Source of the DNA: Paraspadella gotoi
Lineage: Eukaryota; Animalia; Chaetognatha
Length of the DNA: 64,000 nt
Direction of reading: 5' to 3'
Assembly: GCA_051294375.1 (NCBI GenBank)
Contig: CM119263.1
Location: 4,048,161 to 4,112,160 of the forward strand
Shown: piece after piece, positions 34,383 to 47,065 of the stretch
Position numbering within the stretch: position 1 is the first letter of the stretch
How the letters are laid out: every line of letters begins with the position of its first letter
Program-made: the position numbers and the translations under genes
Notes under the pieces: model-generated
What the model was told of the DNA's origin: nothing
The model's database searches: none
What the model saw: the letters and a program-made list of their open reading frames with translations, nothing else

Positions 34383-36005
34383 CTGAAACGGACCGGTGAA
34401 TGGAAATAGATTCCGACCGAAAAGGCAAAAGGCGAAAGCCCTGCTTAAGCAGAGAAAAACAAAACAAACAAAAAATGAAGAAACGACGAAAAAAATTAGA
34501 GGAAAAGAAAGAAAGAAAAGAAGAACGAAGGATAAAAGAGGAGATCAGGCGCGACAATATAGGAAGGGCAAGGAAGAGAAGAAAAGAGACACGATATTGA
34601 CGACCAGAAGTAAAAAAAGGAAGAAAAAGAGGAAAGAAGGGAAGGATAAAAGAAAAGGAAACAGAAAAAAAGGGAAGATAAAACAAAAGAAGAGAGTATA
34701 TAAGAAAGATGATATAATAAGAGGTAGAAGGAGGAAAAACGAGATTTTCGAAATATAAAAAATGGAGAAATTTATAAAATTAATAGGGTCAAGGGAAAAA
34801 TTTTTGAACAGGAATAGATTTGTTAAAATTAATGGTTATAACAGTATATTTGCATCTGAACAAGAAATATTCTCAAAGGAGGAAGAGTGAAAATCACTGG
34901 AATACATAAAAATATTAGCGGAGAGGGAAACAAGAAAGAGGAATAAGAAAAGATAAGAACCTCGGCTAATAACGGCAGTAGTTAAAAGGAATTAATTGGA
35001 CGCGGTCAGAGAGATAATAAAAAATAAAAGGATATTTCAATTGTATACATAACGTATAATATATCCAGATCCATAAAAAATATATATACATTAATCAACG
35101 AAGAAGAATAAATAAAACAAAAAGGGATCCATATTTTAGTTTGGATGAAATAGGCACGAAGGGAAGGGTTCTGCGCTAATGCCACCGTGAGTAGAGAATA
35201 AAAAGGAAAATAAAAAATGAGGAGAGAGGAAAGAAGGAGTAAGAAGAAGAAGCTATGATATAGTGAGGGATATATACTTAGGAGAAGAGCAAACTCAAGT
35301 TTACCGGGAGAGGGAGGGGGCTGGCCTAAAGTGCTTAGTAAATATGAGGAAGTGTGTATGTCATTGGTTAGCGGAGTTAGGGGGCGAGGGGTTGAAGTTT
35401 GCTTATAAAGATAAAAGAAATACGGCAGTATACAATGTGTATATAATATATATACCATATTGGTTTGTTTAAGGATGGGGTTTTACAAATGTAAAGGAAA
35501 AAGAGGGTTAAATGTTAGAGATGGTTAATATTTTAGGAATTTTAAATGTTTTTAAAATGATTAAATATTAAATATATTACGATAAATCAAAGCTACTAAA
35601 CTTTTTTAATAAATTCCTTAAAATAATGAGGGATTGAAAACAGATGAGCTAAGGATCACGGCGTTGAAGTCATAGAGAATTGGGATCAGCAAATTGGTAA
35701 TCACGAGAAATTAGGATCAAGGGTCAAGAGTTCGTGAGGAATAGGATCGGGGAAAAAACACGCGGGTGCACGTGGAGGTCGAGAAAGTGATAAGAAAGAT
35801 GCATCAAGACTTTTTTTATCAACCTCACGTCTTAAAGGGAAAGAAAAGAAGAAAGAAAGGAAGAGAAGAGGAAAGAAAAAAGAGAGATAGAAAGAGAAAC
35901 CAAAGAAAAGAAGGCGAAAACATCAATGGGAAAGAGAGAGAGAGATGAGAGAGAGAGAGGAAAGGAAATTGCAGAGAGAGAGAGAGAGGAGAGAGAGAGA
36001 GGAGC

Positions 36006-36040
<35 letters not shown>

Positions 36041-38767
36041 AGAGAGGAGAGGACGAGGAAGAGAGGAGGTTAACCGAAGAAAGAGGAAGGAAAGTCCATT
36101 GTCCCCCTAATATCGGTTAACTCGTTTCTTTTCTATGGCTAAAAATTAACGCGGCTTCGCAGATTTGTTCTTTTTTTAGCGCAAACTGAAGAGAAAATAA
36201 CGGATGGAAACCGCATTTGTCGTGCGTTGTTGTTGTTGTTTGATTCTGTCGCTCTTTCCCTTCCCTCTTTGGTCAATTGTTTAAGACGGAAGCGGGAGAA
36301 ATTTAGAAAGTTACATCCCTTTTAAAATACTTTATCTTAATCAAAAAGCAAGGGACTCGAAAAAAAAAACCTTTTTTTCTTCCTGATCGTAAAAAACATC
36401 GCATCGATTTTGTCACGACTTTACTTTGTTCGTCGCCAGTGTGCGTTTGTTACTTCTTATAGTTTACGGTATATCAGGTATAACTTGAAATTAATTTGAG
36501 TAAGGATAGAAATAAATCAATATATATTAAGTTAAAATATAGGGTATAATTTTATTTATATTAGTAATATATGGAAACTTTAGTACATTAACCAATATCA
36601 AAAATTACTCAACTTTATTTAATAAATAAGGCTGACTTTGGACCCAGAGCTTTGGTGGTTCTACGTTAAGGCCTACCATCACATTCTTTACAAGATATTA
36701 TTTAATTACATGAAAATAATAACCAATATATTACAGTATTAGTATTCCATAATAAGAAATAAATTCCTATTAAGTATGTCTCTCCATTTAAGGGAAAGTC
36801 TTTCAGTCACGGGTTTGAAACAGGGGAGGGCTGATTTTTGAGTCGCACTCAGCAAGATTTCTTACTTATTCCTTGAGGGCCCCTCCGCTCTCAAATCGAG
36901 AAAGCTTTTCCCGAAGTTCTCCTCATTTCGTGGCAACATTTATTTATTCTAATTTCATATTATCGGTAAAAGTCGAAAGAAAGGGAATAAAAGGTAATCT
37001 CAGATTTGTGGGAGGAAAAAAAAGAAAAACCCAAAGTCACAAAATATAACTTGAATAGGAATTTTTTGTAATTTTTATATCATTTATTTTTATTTATTTC
37101 ATATTTTGTATTTATTTGCAGGTGGTTGTTTTCCTTTATTTTATAATCATTTAAACTGTTTTTAAACGGTTTAGTATTTTTTATTTAGAGGAAAGATAAA
37201 AACAATTAGGTGAACATGAAAATAAACAACTAAATTATTAAAATAAAAACAATAATCAGTTAACCACATGTGTAAAAGAATCTGGGAATATTTCTCTTTT
37301 TTTTTTCTTCAAAGATTCGATTCCTGATTTTCTTAGCCTTTAAGATTCAACTACTTCCCAGGGTTTATATGGTTGATGCCGACGACGACAAAGATGACGA
37401 TGACGAATACGACAATGGCCACAACGACGATGACGACGACGACGACGACGTGAAATAAAATGTTGATGATGATGACTGCAGGCCCAGACTTGATTCCTTT
37501 TATTTATTTTATTAATTTTATTAATTTATGTTAATTTCAGACTTTTCTTTTTCTCTTTATTTTTTTGTTATCTTTTTTTCGCCTTTTCCCTTTTTCCTTT
37601 TTCCTCTCTCCCTTTTCTCTTTTTTCCTTGTCCTTTTTCTCCTTTTTCCCTTTTCCTTTTTCCCCTCTCCCTTTTCTCTTTTTCTTTCCTTTTTTTAAAA
37701 ACGTCCCAAAAGTCTTCATAAATCCTTCCCGCTGTCATCCAAATTTTTTTTTCTCCAAAAGTCGAAGTCAAAAAGAAGGAAAAAGACTTTAAAGGGAAAT
37801 CGAGGAGAGAGAATCACTTCATTCGCANNNNNNNNNNNNNNNNNNNNNNNNNNNNNNNNNNNNNNNNNNNNNNNNNNNNNNNNNNNNNNNNNNNNNNNNN
37901 NNNNNNNNNNNNNNNNNNNNNNNNNNNNNNNNNNNNNNNNNNNNNNNNNNNNNNNNNNNNNNNNNNNNNNNNNNNNNNNNNNNNNNNNNNNNNNNNNNNN
38001 NNNNNNNNNNNNNNNNNNNNNNNNNNNNNNNNNNNNNNNNNNNNNNNNNNNNNNNNNNNNNNNNNNNNNNNNGAGACAGAGACGAATTTAGAGAGGGAGA
38101 CAAAAATAGAGAGAGAGACTGAAGTAATAGACAAAGTAAAGATAGAAGAAGGTAAAAAAAAAAAAACTTAATAAAAAAAAGTCGAGATAGAAAAAAAAGT
38201 TAAACAGAGACAGAGAGGAAATGAAGGAGACTAAAAATCTACGGATGATAATAGTGACGATGATGTCGTGGGGCATCGGAATATGTTCACCCCGTCTATA
38301 AGTATTTAGCTTTCAGTCGTGACCCGGTGGCTCGTTGAGTAACACCATCAGCTCAAGTATTTATACCGTACAATCGGATCATCGGTCTCATCTTCTCATT
38401 GGTCCGTTTCGATGATTATTCATCCAATCAGAGAGTCCTCTGCGGATTTCATCCTAGTCACGGATTCGATTCCATTCTTGGTCCCGATTCCATCTGCGAT
38501 GAGCTCATGGCCATTAGGTACCGGGACCGAACGCCAATGGTAACTACCCTGCGCGAAGGGTGAGGATGGCCAATTGGCCATAAACCGCCTTGGCAGCCTG
38601 GAAAACCCCCCAAGTTTGGTTCTAAGCCCAGGACCCCATTGAACCTGAGACCAAGGCTCGAAATTGGTTGAAACGACTATTATGTTGTAATTTTTTGGTC
38701 CTGGGCTTGGAATCCAGGCTATGAGGTTTTTCACCTCCACTTTAACCACTTCCATCTCTAATCTTAC

Positions 38768-38862
38768 TTCTTTTTCTTCCGCTCCTCTTCATCTGCTCCT
38801 TTCGTGCTCCGTTCTCCTCTAAAGTCGTCGATTCTTAATTCCTGGCTCTCGCGTCGAAGCAG
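38768..38862 (-). CDS. Candidate internal exon of an unidentified minus-strand gene
   Basis: (CT)n tract plus ccatcag acceptor and a GTAAGA donor. Only one frame is open: LLRRESQELRIDDFRGERSTKGADEEERKKK. It ends in phase 2, compatible with the acceptor at 34382. Confidence 0.3.
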
Positions 38863-38873
38863 CTGATGGTCGA

Positions 38874-38922
<49 letters not shown>

Positions 38923-40461
38923 GAGAGACGAGAGAGAGAGAGAGAGGAAGAGAAGTGACATACAGGTTTGGTTGAGTTCTATTTTAAAATTTAAAAAAAA
39001 AAATCTAATTAAGTTATCTGACTAAAGAGAAATCTCATGGAGTTGACTTGTTAATTAGCCAATGACGTTTTTTAATTTTTTTTAAACAAAAAACTCGTCA
39101 TTGTGTGTCGTTACTATTTGAATTTCTGCCGCGTTTTGTAAATTTATACGTATATGACTTTTTTTTTAATGAATATTTTAGTTTAATACTTTTTGGAACA
39201 AACAATTAGCTTATCAAAACGAGTGAATTGGAATGAAAGTCTGTCTTTGCTGATCTGTCGTCTCGTTTTCCCAAAAAAATTTGGCGCCATTTTTTCAAAA
39301 GTGAAGAAAAAAATGAAACACTTTTCGACGTATGAAGAAAGATGGCCTTTTGTTTTGATCGTCAGAGAGGAAGTGGAGATGATGATCCGTCGACTGCATG
39401 ACGAAGATGATCGACGATGATGTCGACGACGACGATGATGATTATATTTTCTAACATAATGAACTTACCTTTAAGATCATCTTTATTTTCATTCCTTTTT
39501 TCCCTTTTTTTCCACATCTAATTCATTCATTCCTCACCCTCTCCTCGTCCTCATCTTTCCTCACCCAAACTTTTTTCATTCCTACTTTTCATTTGTTCCA
39601 CGTCTCTCTGTTTTAGTCTCTTCTTTCTTGTCCTTCGTCACGGGTCACTCAGCTGCCCGCTCCAGCTCCTTTGTCCCACGTCTCTGCTCCACTTTCCCTT
39701 CTAGCTCCAGTTGGCCGCTCTAGGTCCTTTGTGCACTTCTATGATCCGACTTCCTTTCCTTCCTTCTCCTCCTCCTTTCCACTCCCGATGGCCTTTTCCT
39801 TCGCTCCAGCTCCCTTCGCGCTTCTTTTCTTTTGCTCCTACCTTCCTTTCCACTCCCGAATGAGCCCTTTCCTTCGCTCAGAGAGCCTGCCCTCTTTTCT
39901 TTGTCCTCCTTCCTTTCCACTCTCGATGGTCTCGACTTCGCTCCAGCTCCCTTGCGTTTCTTTTCTTTGCATCCCTTTCATTTCCACTTCCGATGGCTCA
40001 TTATCTTTACTTTTATTTCCGAGTCGCTTTTTTCTTCTAGTTTTTGGCTTTGGTTCTGATTTTCTGAATCTACACATTAGATTAACTCCTAATTTGATTA
40101 TTTTCAGATGTGTAGCTGATACGTACATAAATTCTTTCCACAATAGATTCCTATTTTTCAATTTACTCTTCACAATTATAGGCCCCGAAACTCTCGTACA
40201 AATATTTATAATATCTTCGCGCTTTACATGATATTAATCCAACTCTGCCCCCTCTAAACACCCCCCTTTGCCCCTCTTCCTCCCCCATCCCCTCCTCACC
40301 CCACCTTCTTTCGGGTCGCCCGGGTCAGATTCGCTCTTTGGTCGGAAGCGAGGATAAAGTTCTGGTCAGCGCTCTGGTAAGAAGAGATCACGTCGAGACA
40401 CGTGAGAGAGAGAGAGAGGAGAGAGAGAGACGAGAGAGAGAGGGAGAGAGAGAGAGGGAGA

Positions 40462-40493
<32 letters not shown>

Positions 40494-41288
40494 TGATTTT
40501 CACGTTTTTTAAGAACAAGTTATCTCCATCTTTTTTATCTTCGGCCTTATTTTCTTATTCCTTCCCTTTTTGGAGCTCTTTTCTTTTTTCTGACTTTGTG
40601 CTGCCTGAATATTTTGTGGCCAACCGGGCAACTATTTTCAGTGGCAGAAATAAAATTGCCACAAAAAAAGCTTGACTGTAGCAATGTTATAACCTATACA
40701 TAGTTAAGTTCAAATTAATTTAAACCCAGAGGAATTAATCAAATTTAAGATAAATGATTAGTTTGCCATTTGGGGAAGAATAAATCAATTCAAGTCAAAC
40801 TTTTTACTTTACCTGTAGATATATTTTATACGGTTTCATTTTATTTTTATTTTATATAATATTATAATAATATCATATAATAATAATTATACGGGTAACC
40901 CCCTTTTAAACGCATCAAACCGATATGAAATGTTTTATTCTTCCCCAAACGGCGTATTTATAAAACCATCTATTGCTCACTGGGATCTGTAACTATTAAG
41001 AGAAAAAAAAAAGAAATAAAGAAAGAAAGAAAAAAAAAGAAAGAAATAAAGAAAGAAAGAAAGAAAAAAAGAAAGAGAGTAAGAAAGACAGAAAGATAGT
41101 AAGAGCTAAGAAAGAAACAGGCAAAAAGAAAGAAATAGAAAGAAAAAATTATCATAAAAGCAAGCAAGTATAAATAATAGAGGCCGACGATTTAGTGCAC
41201 CAGAGAGTTAAAATTTACGAACCATAGACTCATCACTCAAGTCTGCTTCGCCTCAAGTATATCTGCTTTTTGGGGTCGATAAATTTAG

Positions 41289-41323
<35 letters not shown>

Positions 41324-42624
41324 CCTCGCCTCTCGTCTCTCTCTCTCTCTTCTCCTCTCTCTCTCTCAGCGAGGCATTAAAAACTGTCAGTCCTCTTCTA
41401 TTCCGATCTTTTTTGTTCTCTCTTCCTTCCGCTCCTCCTTCCTCTTTCTCTCCTTCCTCCCTTTCCTCCTTCCTCTTTCTCTCCTTCTTCCCTTTCCTCC
41501 TTCCTCTTTCTCCTCTCCTTCCTCCCTTTCCTCCTTCCTCTTTCCTCTTTCCTCCCTTTCCTTCCTCTCTTTCTTTTTCCTTCTTCTCTCTCCCCTCCCT
41601 TCCTTTCCTCCCTCCTTTCACCGCTATCGTCATTTTTCACGGAGAATTTAACGTCCGCGATTTAAGGTTAAACGGATCCCAAAGAGGAAACGCCCCCCTT
41701 CCTCTTCCTCCTGCTCCTCCTTCTCCCCCTTCTCCTTCTCCCCCCTCATCCGCCCTTTCATTTCCTTCTTGGGTCTTTCTCAATTTTCTGCTCATATTAT
41801 TTTTCAAGTTCGTTTTCTGTTCATTTTTCGGTCGGGTTCTTTTTCTATTTAGTCACTTTTATCAATTATATATGAATATTTTTTTAATTTGTCATACGTA
41901 TATATCTATATATATATCGCTATTGTTCTCGCTAAATGCTTTCCTTTTAATTAATATATTTTGTAAAATATTATGCCTCGCCATATTGTCTTTTTCTTCA
42001 CTCAGCCGAACTTATATTTTTGACCGTACATAAACTGTCCTCACGCGTCCGGCCAAAACCTTCTCTAGTTATTTTGTCGATCTTTTGTCGTTTCCTATGT
42101 CGTAATTTGGCGAGACTTAAGATAATTATTTAGTTCGTTTTTTGACATTCTCTAAGTAGCATTACCCGTCCTACAGTTTTACGGGATTTTTTGGACATTA
42201 ATACAAATAAAGTTTCTAAACATTCATTGCCACTTTACATTCATTGAATTCCCTCTAGATTCAGCAAGATTCATAAAAGCCAACGTTAAACTTGCAAGGG
42301 ACGGACGACGCCTCGAACGCTAGATATCGCGAGCATGAAATAACAATTTATTTCACATATTTTGTTTCGCTATCGATCTCAGCGACCAAGGCCAATCATC
42401 GAATTGCCACAACAACTACGGCGCGTCTGGCAGAAGCGACCTTCGCCACTTCCACGAGAATCGCTTAACGTCAAAGTTGAGCGAGTTTCTCTTTCTCGTG
42501 CGTAGAATATCATCTTCTTTAATCCGAGGCTAAGATAGAGATAGAGACGTCGTAACCGCGCCCTTTTTTTTCGAGCGCACTCCACTCTGGTTTGTACTCT
42601 TCTGTCAAAAAAACAAAAATAATA

Positions 42625-42724
42625 ATGACGGAATTTTGCGACTTTTTTTCCTTTTTCTCTTTTTCGTTTTTGATTTTCTTTATGGCGTCGGCGATGGAAC
42701 TAACTTTGTCGGTTCCTTACACCG
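42625..42724 (+). CDS. GPCR exon 1 (signal peptide)
   Basis: ATG at 42625, MTEFCDFFSFFSFSFLIFFMASAMELTLSVPYT, donor G|GTGAGT, phase 1. Confidence 0.75.
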
Positions 42725-45700
42725 GTGAGTTCAGGTCGCATCAGCTTTTTTATCACTTTATCAGCATTTAAGTAAGCAATGAACAAAAACGCAATGACTC
42801 CGTTTAATTATAATTACTTAAATGGCAAAATTTCCCATCATCTCAACACAGGAACCTGCGAGGGAAGATGCGACGACTACCGATTCCATCTCGTGTCACA
42901 AATGGGATGTCAGTGCGACGATTTATGTCAGCAAAACGGAGATTGCTGTTTAGATTATTTTAAAGTTTGCGAACCGAAGAATAAAACGTAATATAAGTCA
43001 AAATATTGATAAAAATATTGAAAACATGAGTTTGACTATTGTTTGTTTTTGTTTTAATTAAACTTTTTAACTTTGATTTATTTACCGATTAATTAATTGA
43101 TTAATTGATTAATTGATAAATTGATTAATGGTATAATTGTTTAATTGATTATTTGATTAATTGATTAATGGATTAATGGATTAATTGATTAATTGATTAA
43201 TTGATTAATTGATTAATTGATTAATTGATTAATTGATTAATTGATAAATTATTTAATCAATAATTGATTAATTGATTTATTTTAAATTCTTAATGAATTA
43301 CTTAAAGAATAACTTAGAGAGACTCGTATCTTATTCTTTTTACAATTAACAGTTTTACACAATTATATTATATTCCCTTTCTCATTTCTCCTCCATTTCC
43401 CGCAGCATGAACTTGAAATGCGGCAAGGTCCGTCCCCGCGGTGCATCGCCTCTCGTCATCGGATTCAATTTCATCGCCGACTGCGGCGCTGAGGTCGAAA
43501 GGCGTCCCTCGGCGCGGATGCGAGCAGAGCGGCGCCGCTGCCTCGACCCTTGGCCCCTTTTTCCCAAGTGGGTCGTGCCGACTCATCGCATTTCCGAGGT
43601 ACGAGCCGATTTTAAGATTTTTGGACGAGAAATTTTTATGATTGGATAATTTTATAAATTGGAAAAAAAAAATAGAATTTACGAAAAACTAAAACTGTAG
43701 TTTTAAAAAAAAAATTAAAAAGTTTTTAAAATTATAACATTTTTCATCTCATCGATCATCCGAAAATTAAAAAAGTAAAAAAAAATAATTAAAAAAAAAC
43801 CAAAAATTAAACAGATTTAAAATATTTAAAAAAAAAAAACAATCTTTTTGTTTTTTGGTTTTTTTTTTTACTCTAAGGTTCTCCCCGTAACCGAAATCAT
43901 CGACGGCGCTCTCGGCCCCACTTATCTCAACGTCCACTGTTTTCGGTGCCAGCGCCGCAACGCCGCCCAGCGCCGCAACGCCGACCCCCCCTTCGCCTTC
44001 TGGGGCGCCAAATTGACTCCGCAGGACGAGCTCGATCGAATCTCCGTTCCCTCGATCGATCCCACATCGAAATTCGCCAAAGACGCCATCGCGTGGCGAA
44101 GACACAAGGTCATAGAGTTGACGCCGCCCGACGTCTTCGTAGATGGCGTAGCTAACGTCACTTCCGGCGGTCGCAGGGAGACGTCGCCCTGTCTCTACGC
44201 GGACGGATGGCAGGGGGCGTGTTCGGTCAAGAGACGGAGGAAGATCGAGAAAGAATGGACTGAGGAAACGAAAGTATGCGTCAAGTGAGTCGTCAAAATG
44301 TTTGTATATTTATATATTTATGATCATAGTTATTAAAGTTGTGATTTATTGAGTAAAACCATCATCTCGTGACCACCTACGTTAAATTTGTATTGTTTGT
44401 TTTTATCAAATTTGTCGCAGACAAAACAAAACAAAACATGGGTACTGAGTAAAAATGAATTTATTCCTCATTAAGTTAATAACAAAAGGCTCAGATGCTA
44501 GGTCTATAACAATGGTATTTACAAAGTAAGGTTTGACCATAAAGGAACTGTGGGAAAGCAATCGAGGGTAAGGTTAAAAGTAAGGTCAATGGTTTGACCA
44601 AGGTTACGTGTGTTAGTTGTTCGTCCACAGTACAACCAAAATAGACTTATCTATTATTCCCTTGACTGAAACAATATTATGACTTCGATAACTTCTAAAA
44701 GGTAAAAAAACGAATTATCCCAGTTTAAATGTCCATAAAAAGTTCATCTCTATCTTACAATCCAAATTAGTATCTTGCTTATCACAACTGTCTTCGTCAT
44801 CATCTTCATTAATCCCCATTCCCTCCTGCAAGAAACGGCAAGGCTCGACTCTACCCAAACGCCTCCATCATCAATTGCATGGAACCTTCCATCTGCTTCG
44901 ATACCTTCAGCCCCGAGTGGCTCGTCGACGATTTCTTCGATAAGATCACGTCTCATTCCGGCGTCGCCTCCTACGTCCACGTACTCACTCTCCTCGTCGA
45001 CTCGCGAGGCTTTCGAGTCTCCGATCCCCGGAACGAGTCTTCAGCGGAATGCCCCGTCAACGAGCTGCCCTTTCCCTTCGGAGAGGAGACTTGCGAGGAT
45101 TTGGTCGCGAGGAAGGAAGGAGTTTCGATCAAGGTGAGAGGGAAAAGAGCGTGAGGGTGAGAATTTACGTTTTGAATATCGTCAAATACTTTAAATATAA
45201 TTATTATTATATTTTAATTTAAAAACTTGTTCCATCTCTTTGACCTTTAAATCGTTATGGTGGTTTAAACCCTTTCTAACAAACAAAAAGAAACGAGTAA
45301 TATAATAACTTTTACCAGTTTCAATTGGATATTTAACAATATGCCACGATCATAACGGCTCTGAAATTTCGGTACATCTCAATTCCACACAAAAGAGAAC
45401 TTCATCCTCTCCATCTCCCACTACCCACAAACCCTCTCAGGCGATCCTGACCCACGTCGGCCTGTGGTTCTCCATCGTGGGCCTCGTCTACGTGGGCATC
45501 CTTCTCCACAAATCTCCCCACAAGACGTTCTACTCGGGACTCCAACGCCAAATGATATTCGCTCTCGTCCTCAACAACGTCCTCTTCGTCGTCGGTGGTT
45601 TCGTCCGTCGTCGCCTCGGCATCTGCAAGACGGTCGCAATTTTTCTGCACCTGTTCCTATTGGCCGGACTCTCCTGGACCACCTGCTTGGCCGGCTGCAT

Positions 45701-47065
45701 CTTTTTCGGTCTGTGGCGTCTGACCAAAGACGCGACGTCGATGTTTCTCGTCGCTCGTTGCAAATCATTCGCCCAAGACCGGAAGTTCGTGGGCGTGTCT
45801 GCGGCAATTTGGGCCACGCCCATTTTGTTGACGTCGGCGTTTGTTCTCGTCGACGAGGTGAGAGAGGGCGTTGGGGTGCACATTGCACTTTTCACACTGC
45901 ACAAGGCGCACTGCTCACCGAATAGTGCTGTAATAGTAATTGAATCATTCATTGGCCGGTATTTTTCTGTCACAGATAACTATCACTCGAATATCATTTA
46001 ATAATTATCATTTAATAATCATTTAATAATTTCGTCATGAGTGATTTTATTATTTATATTCATTCTTTCATTTCGGATCCTATTGCATGATTTTGTGATC
46101 CAAGTAAAATTGTTTTGTCACCGTGAATTATTAGTCCTATTCTCTTCAAAAAAGGTCCTGGTGCCGGGTCAGCTGGGCTACGGCGCCAACGGGTCTTGCT
46201 GGATCGGTAACCGGCGTGCCTTGACGTTGACCTTCGTGACGCCGGTTGGCGTGACCTTTCACGCCAACCTTTTTCTGATCGTCGCCGTCCTGACGCTGCT
46301 GCGTCGCCTCTCCAAATCAGGCAGCGTCTCCGCTCAGTCGGTGCGTCGCAGCGCGAGCCTCGTTTCCGTTTTCCTGCGTTTGGCTGCGTCGCTCGGTCTT
46401 CAATGGGGATTCGGATTTTTGTTTCATTTTTTCGACGAAGAAATTCTCGAGTTTTTCTTCATCGTCACCACATCGTTTCAGGTCAGTTTCTTTGGGTGGA
46501 TGTTGCTGTAAGATGTGGGCGAATATGCTGTAAGATATGGAGCAAGTTGCCGTAAGATGAGTGAAAATTAGATTTTTGTGAGACAGGAAAGTTACTGTAT
46601 ACGAGCGAACTAAGTTTTCTCAACTCGATCAAAATTTGACGCAAATAGTCCCGACAATTGAGCGTTGGTAGCAATAATGTGCTTTTGTTACTTAAAAGTT
46701 AAAAACCAGTTACAAGAAATATTAACAAAAAAAAACGGTCTATTTTATTTTTATGTTGAAAGCAGATATTAAATTTTAATAATTTACATATATTTGATTA
46801 TTTTGTTAATTATTTGATTTTCGCTCTGATGAAACCTAACACATTAGAGCCGAAGCATGTCCAACATTTTGTATTAATTTTTAAAACATAATTATTCCCC
46901 AATGTTAACGATTCCATCCATCAGGGCGCCTTCGTCTCCATCGCCATCATCTCCGCCTCCAACTTCAAGGATCATCCGGCGCTGCGGCGGTGCTGGGAGG
47001 CGTGGCGAAAGCGGCGCGGCACCGTGGAACCGGAAACGGGAGAGGACGATGCGACGAAGGCTTGA
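42625..47065 (+). CDS. Class B (adhesion/secretin-like) 7TM receptor with an N-terminal somatomedin-B domain; 8 exons, 673 aa
   Basis: join(42625-42724,42852-42987,43406-43598,43878-44284,44833-45133,45441-45857,46155-46481,46925-47065). All introns are GT-AG, all phases are compatible, and the total is 2022 nt with no internal stop. Contains a signal peptide, SMB Cys pattern CEGRC...CQCDDLCQQNGDCCLDY...C, TM3 CKTVAIFLHLFLLA..SW, ECL2 GYG...CWI, TM5 F..P.....N, TM6 LGLQWGFG and TM7 SFQG. Confidence 0.92.
42852..42987 (+). CDS. GPCR exon 2 (somatomedin-B domain)
   Basis: acacag| acceptor; GTCEGRCDDYRFHLVSQMGCQCDDLCQQNGDCCLDYFKVCEPKNK; donor GTAATA, phase 2. Confidence 0.9.
43085..43280. repeat. 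(TTGATTAA)n octamer repeat in GPCR intron 2
   Basis: Direct reading. Confidence 0.9.
43406..43598 (+). CDS. GPCR exon 3 (ectodomain)
   Basis: cccgcag| acceptor; MNLKCGKV...FIADC...RRCLDPW...ISE; donor GTACGA. Confidence 0.85.
43878..44284 (+). CDS. GPCR exon 4 (ectodomain, PVT...TY.N.HC..C motif)
   Basis: ctctaag| acceptor; VLPVTEIIDGALGPTYLNVHCFRC...; donor GTGAGT, phase 2. Confidence 0.88.
44833..45133 (+). CDS. GPCR exon 5 (membrane-proximal ectodomain)
   Basis: ctgcaag| acceptor; NGKARLYPNASIINCMEPSIC...ECPVNELPFPFGEETCEDL...; donor GTGAGA. Confidence 0.85.
45441..45857 (+). CDS. GPCR exon 6 (TM1-TM4)
   Basis: ctctcag| acceptor; AILTHVGLWFSIVGL...ICKTVAIFLHLFLLAGLSW...IWATPILL; donor GTGAGA. 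Confidence 0.93.
46155..46481 (+). CDS. GPCR exon 7 (ECL2, TM5-TM7)
   Basis: aaaag| acceptor; GYGANGSCWIG...FVTPVGVTFHAN...LGLQWGFGF...TSFQ; donor GTCAGT. Confidence 0.93.
46925..47065 (+). CDS. GPCR exon 8 (end of TM7 and C-tail)
   Basis: ccatcag| acceptor; the first Gly completes the SFQ|G motif; GAFVSIAIISASNFKDHPALRRCWEAW...ATKA, then TGA. Confidence 0.9.
   Translation, partial: GAFVSIAIISASNFKDHPALRRCWEAWRKRRGTVEPETGEDDATKA

Noticed and set aside
46825-46860. Hammerhead ribozyme core (CTGATGA); similar motifs at ~19380 and ~38495
   Set aside because: No correctly placed GAAA and no stems I-III.
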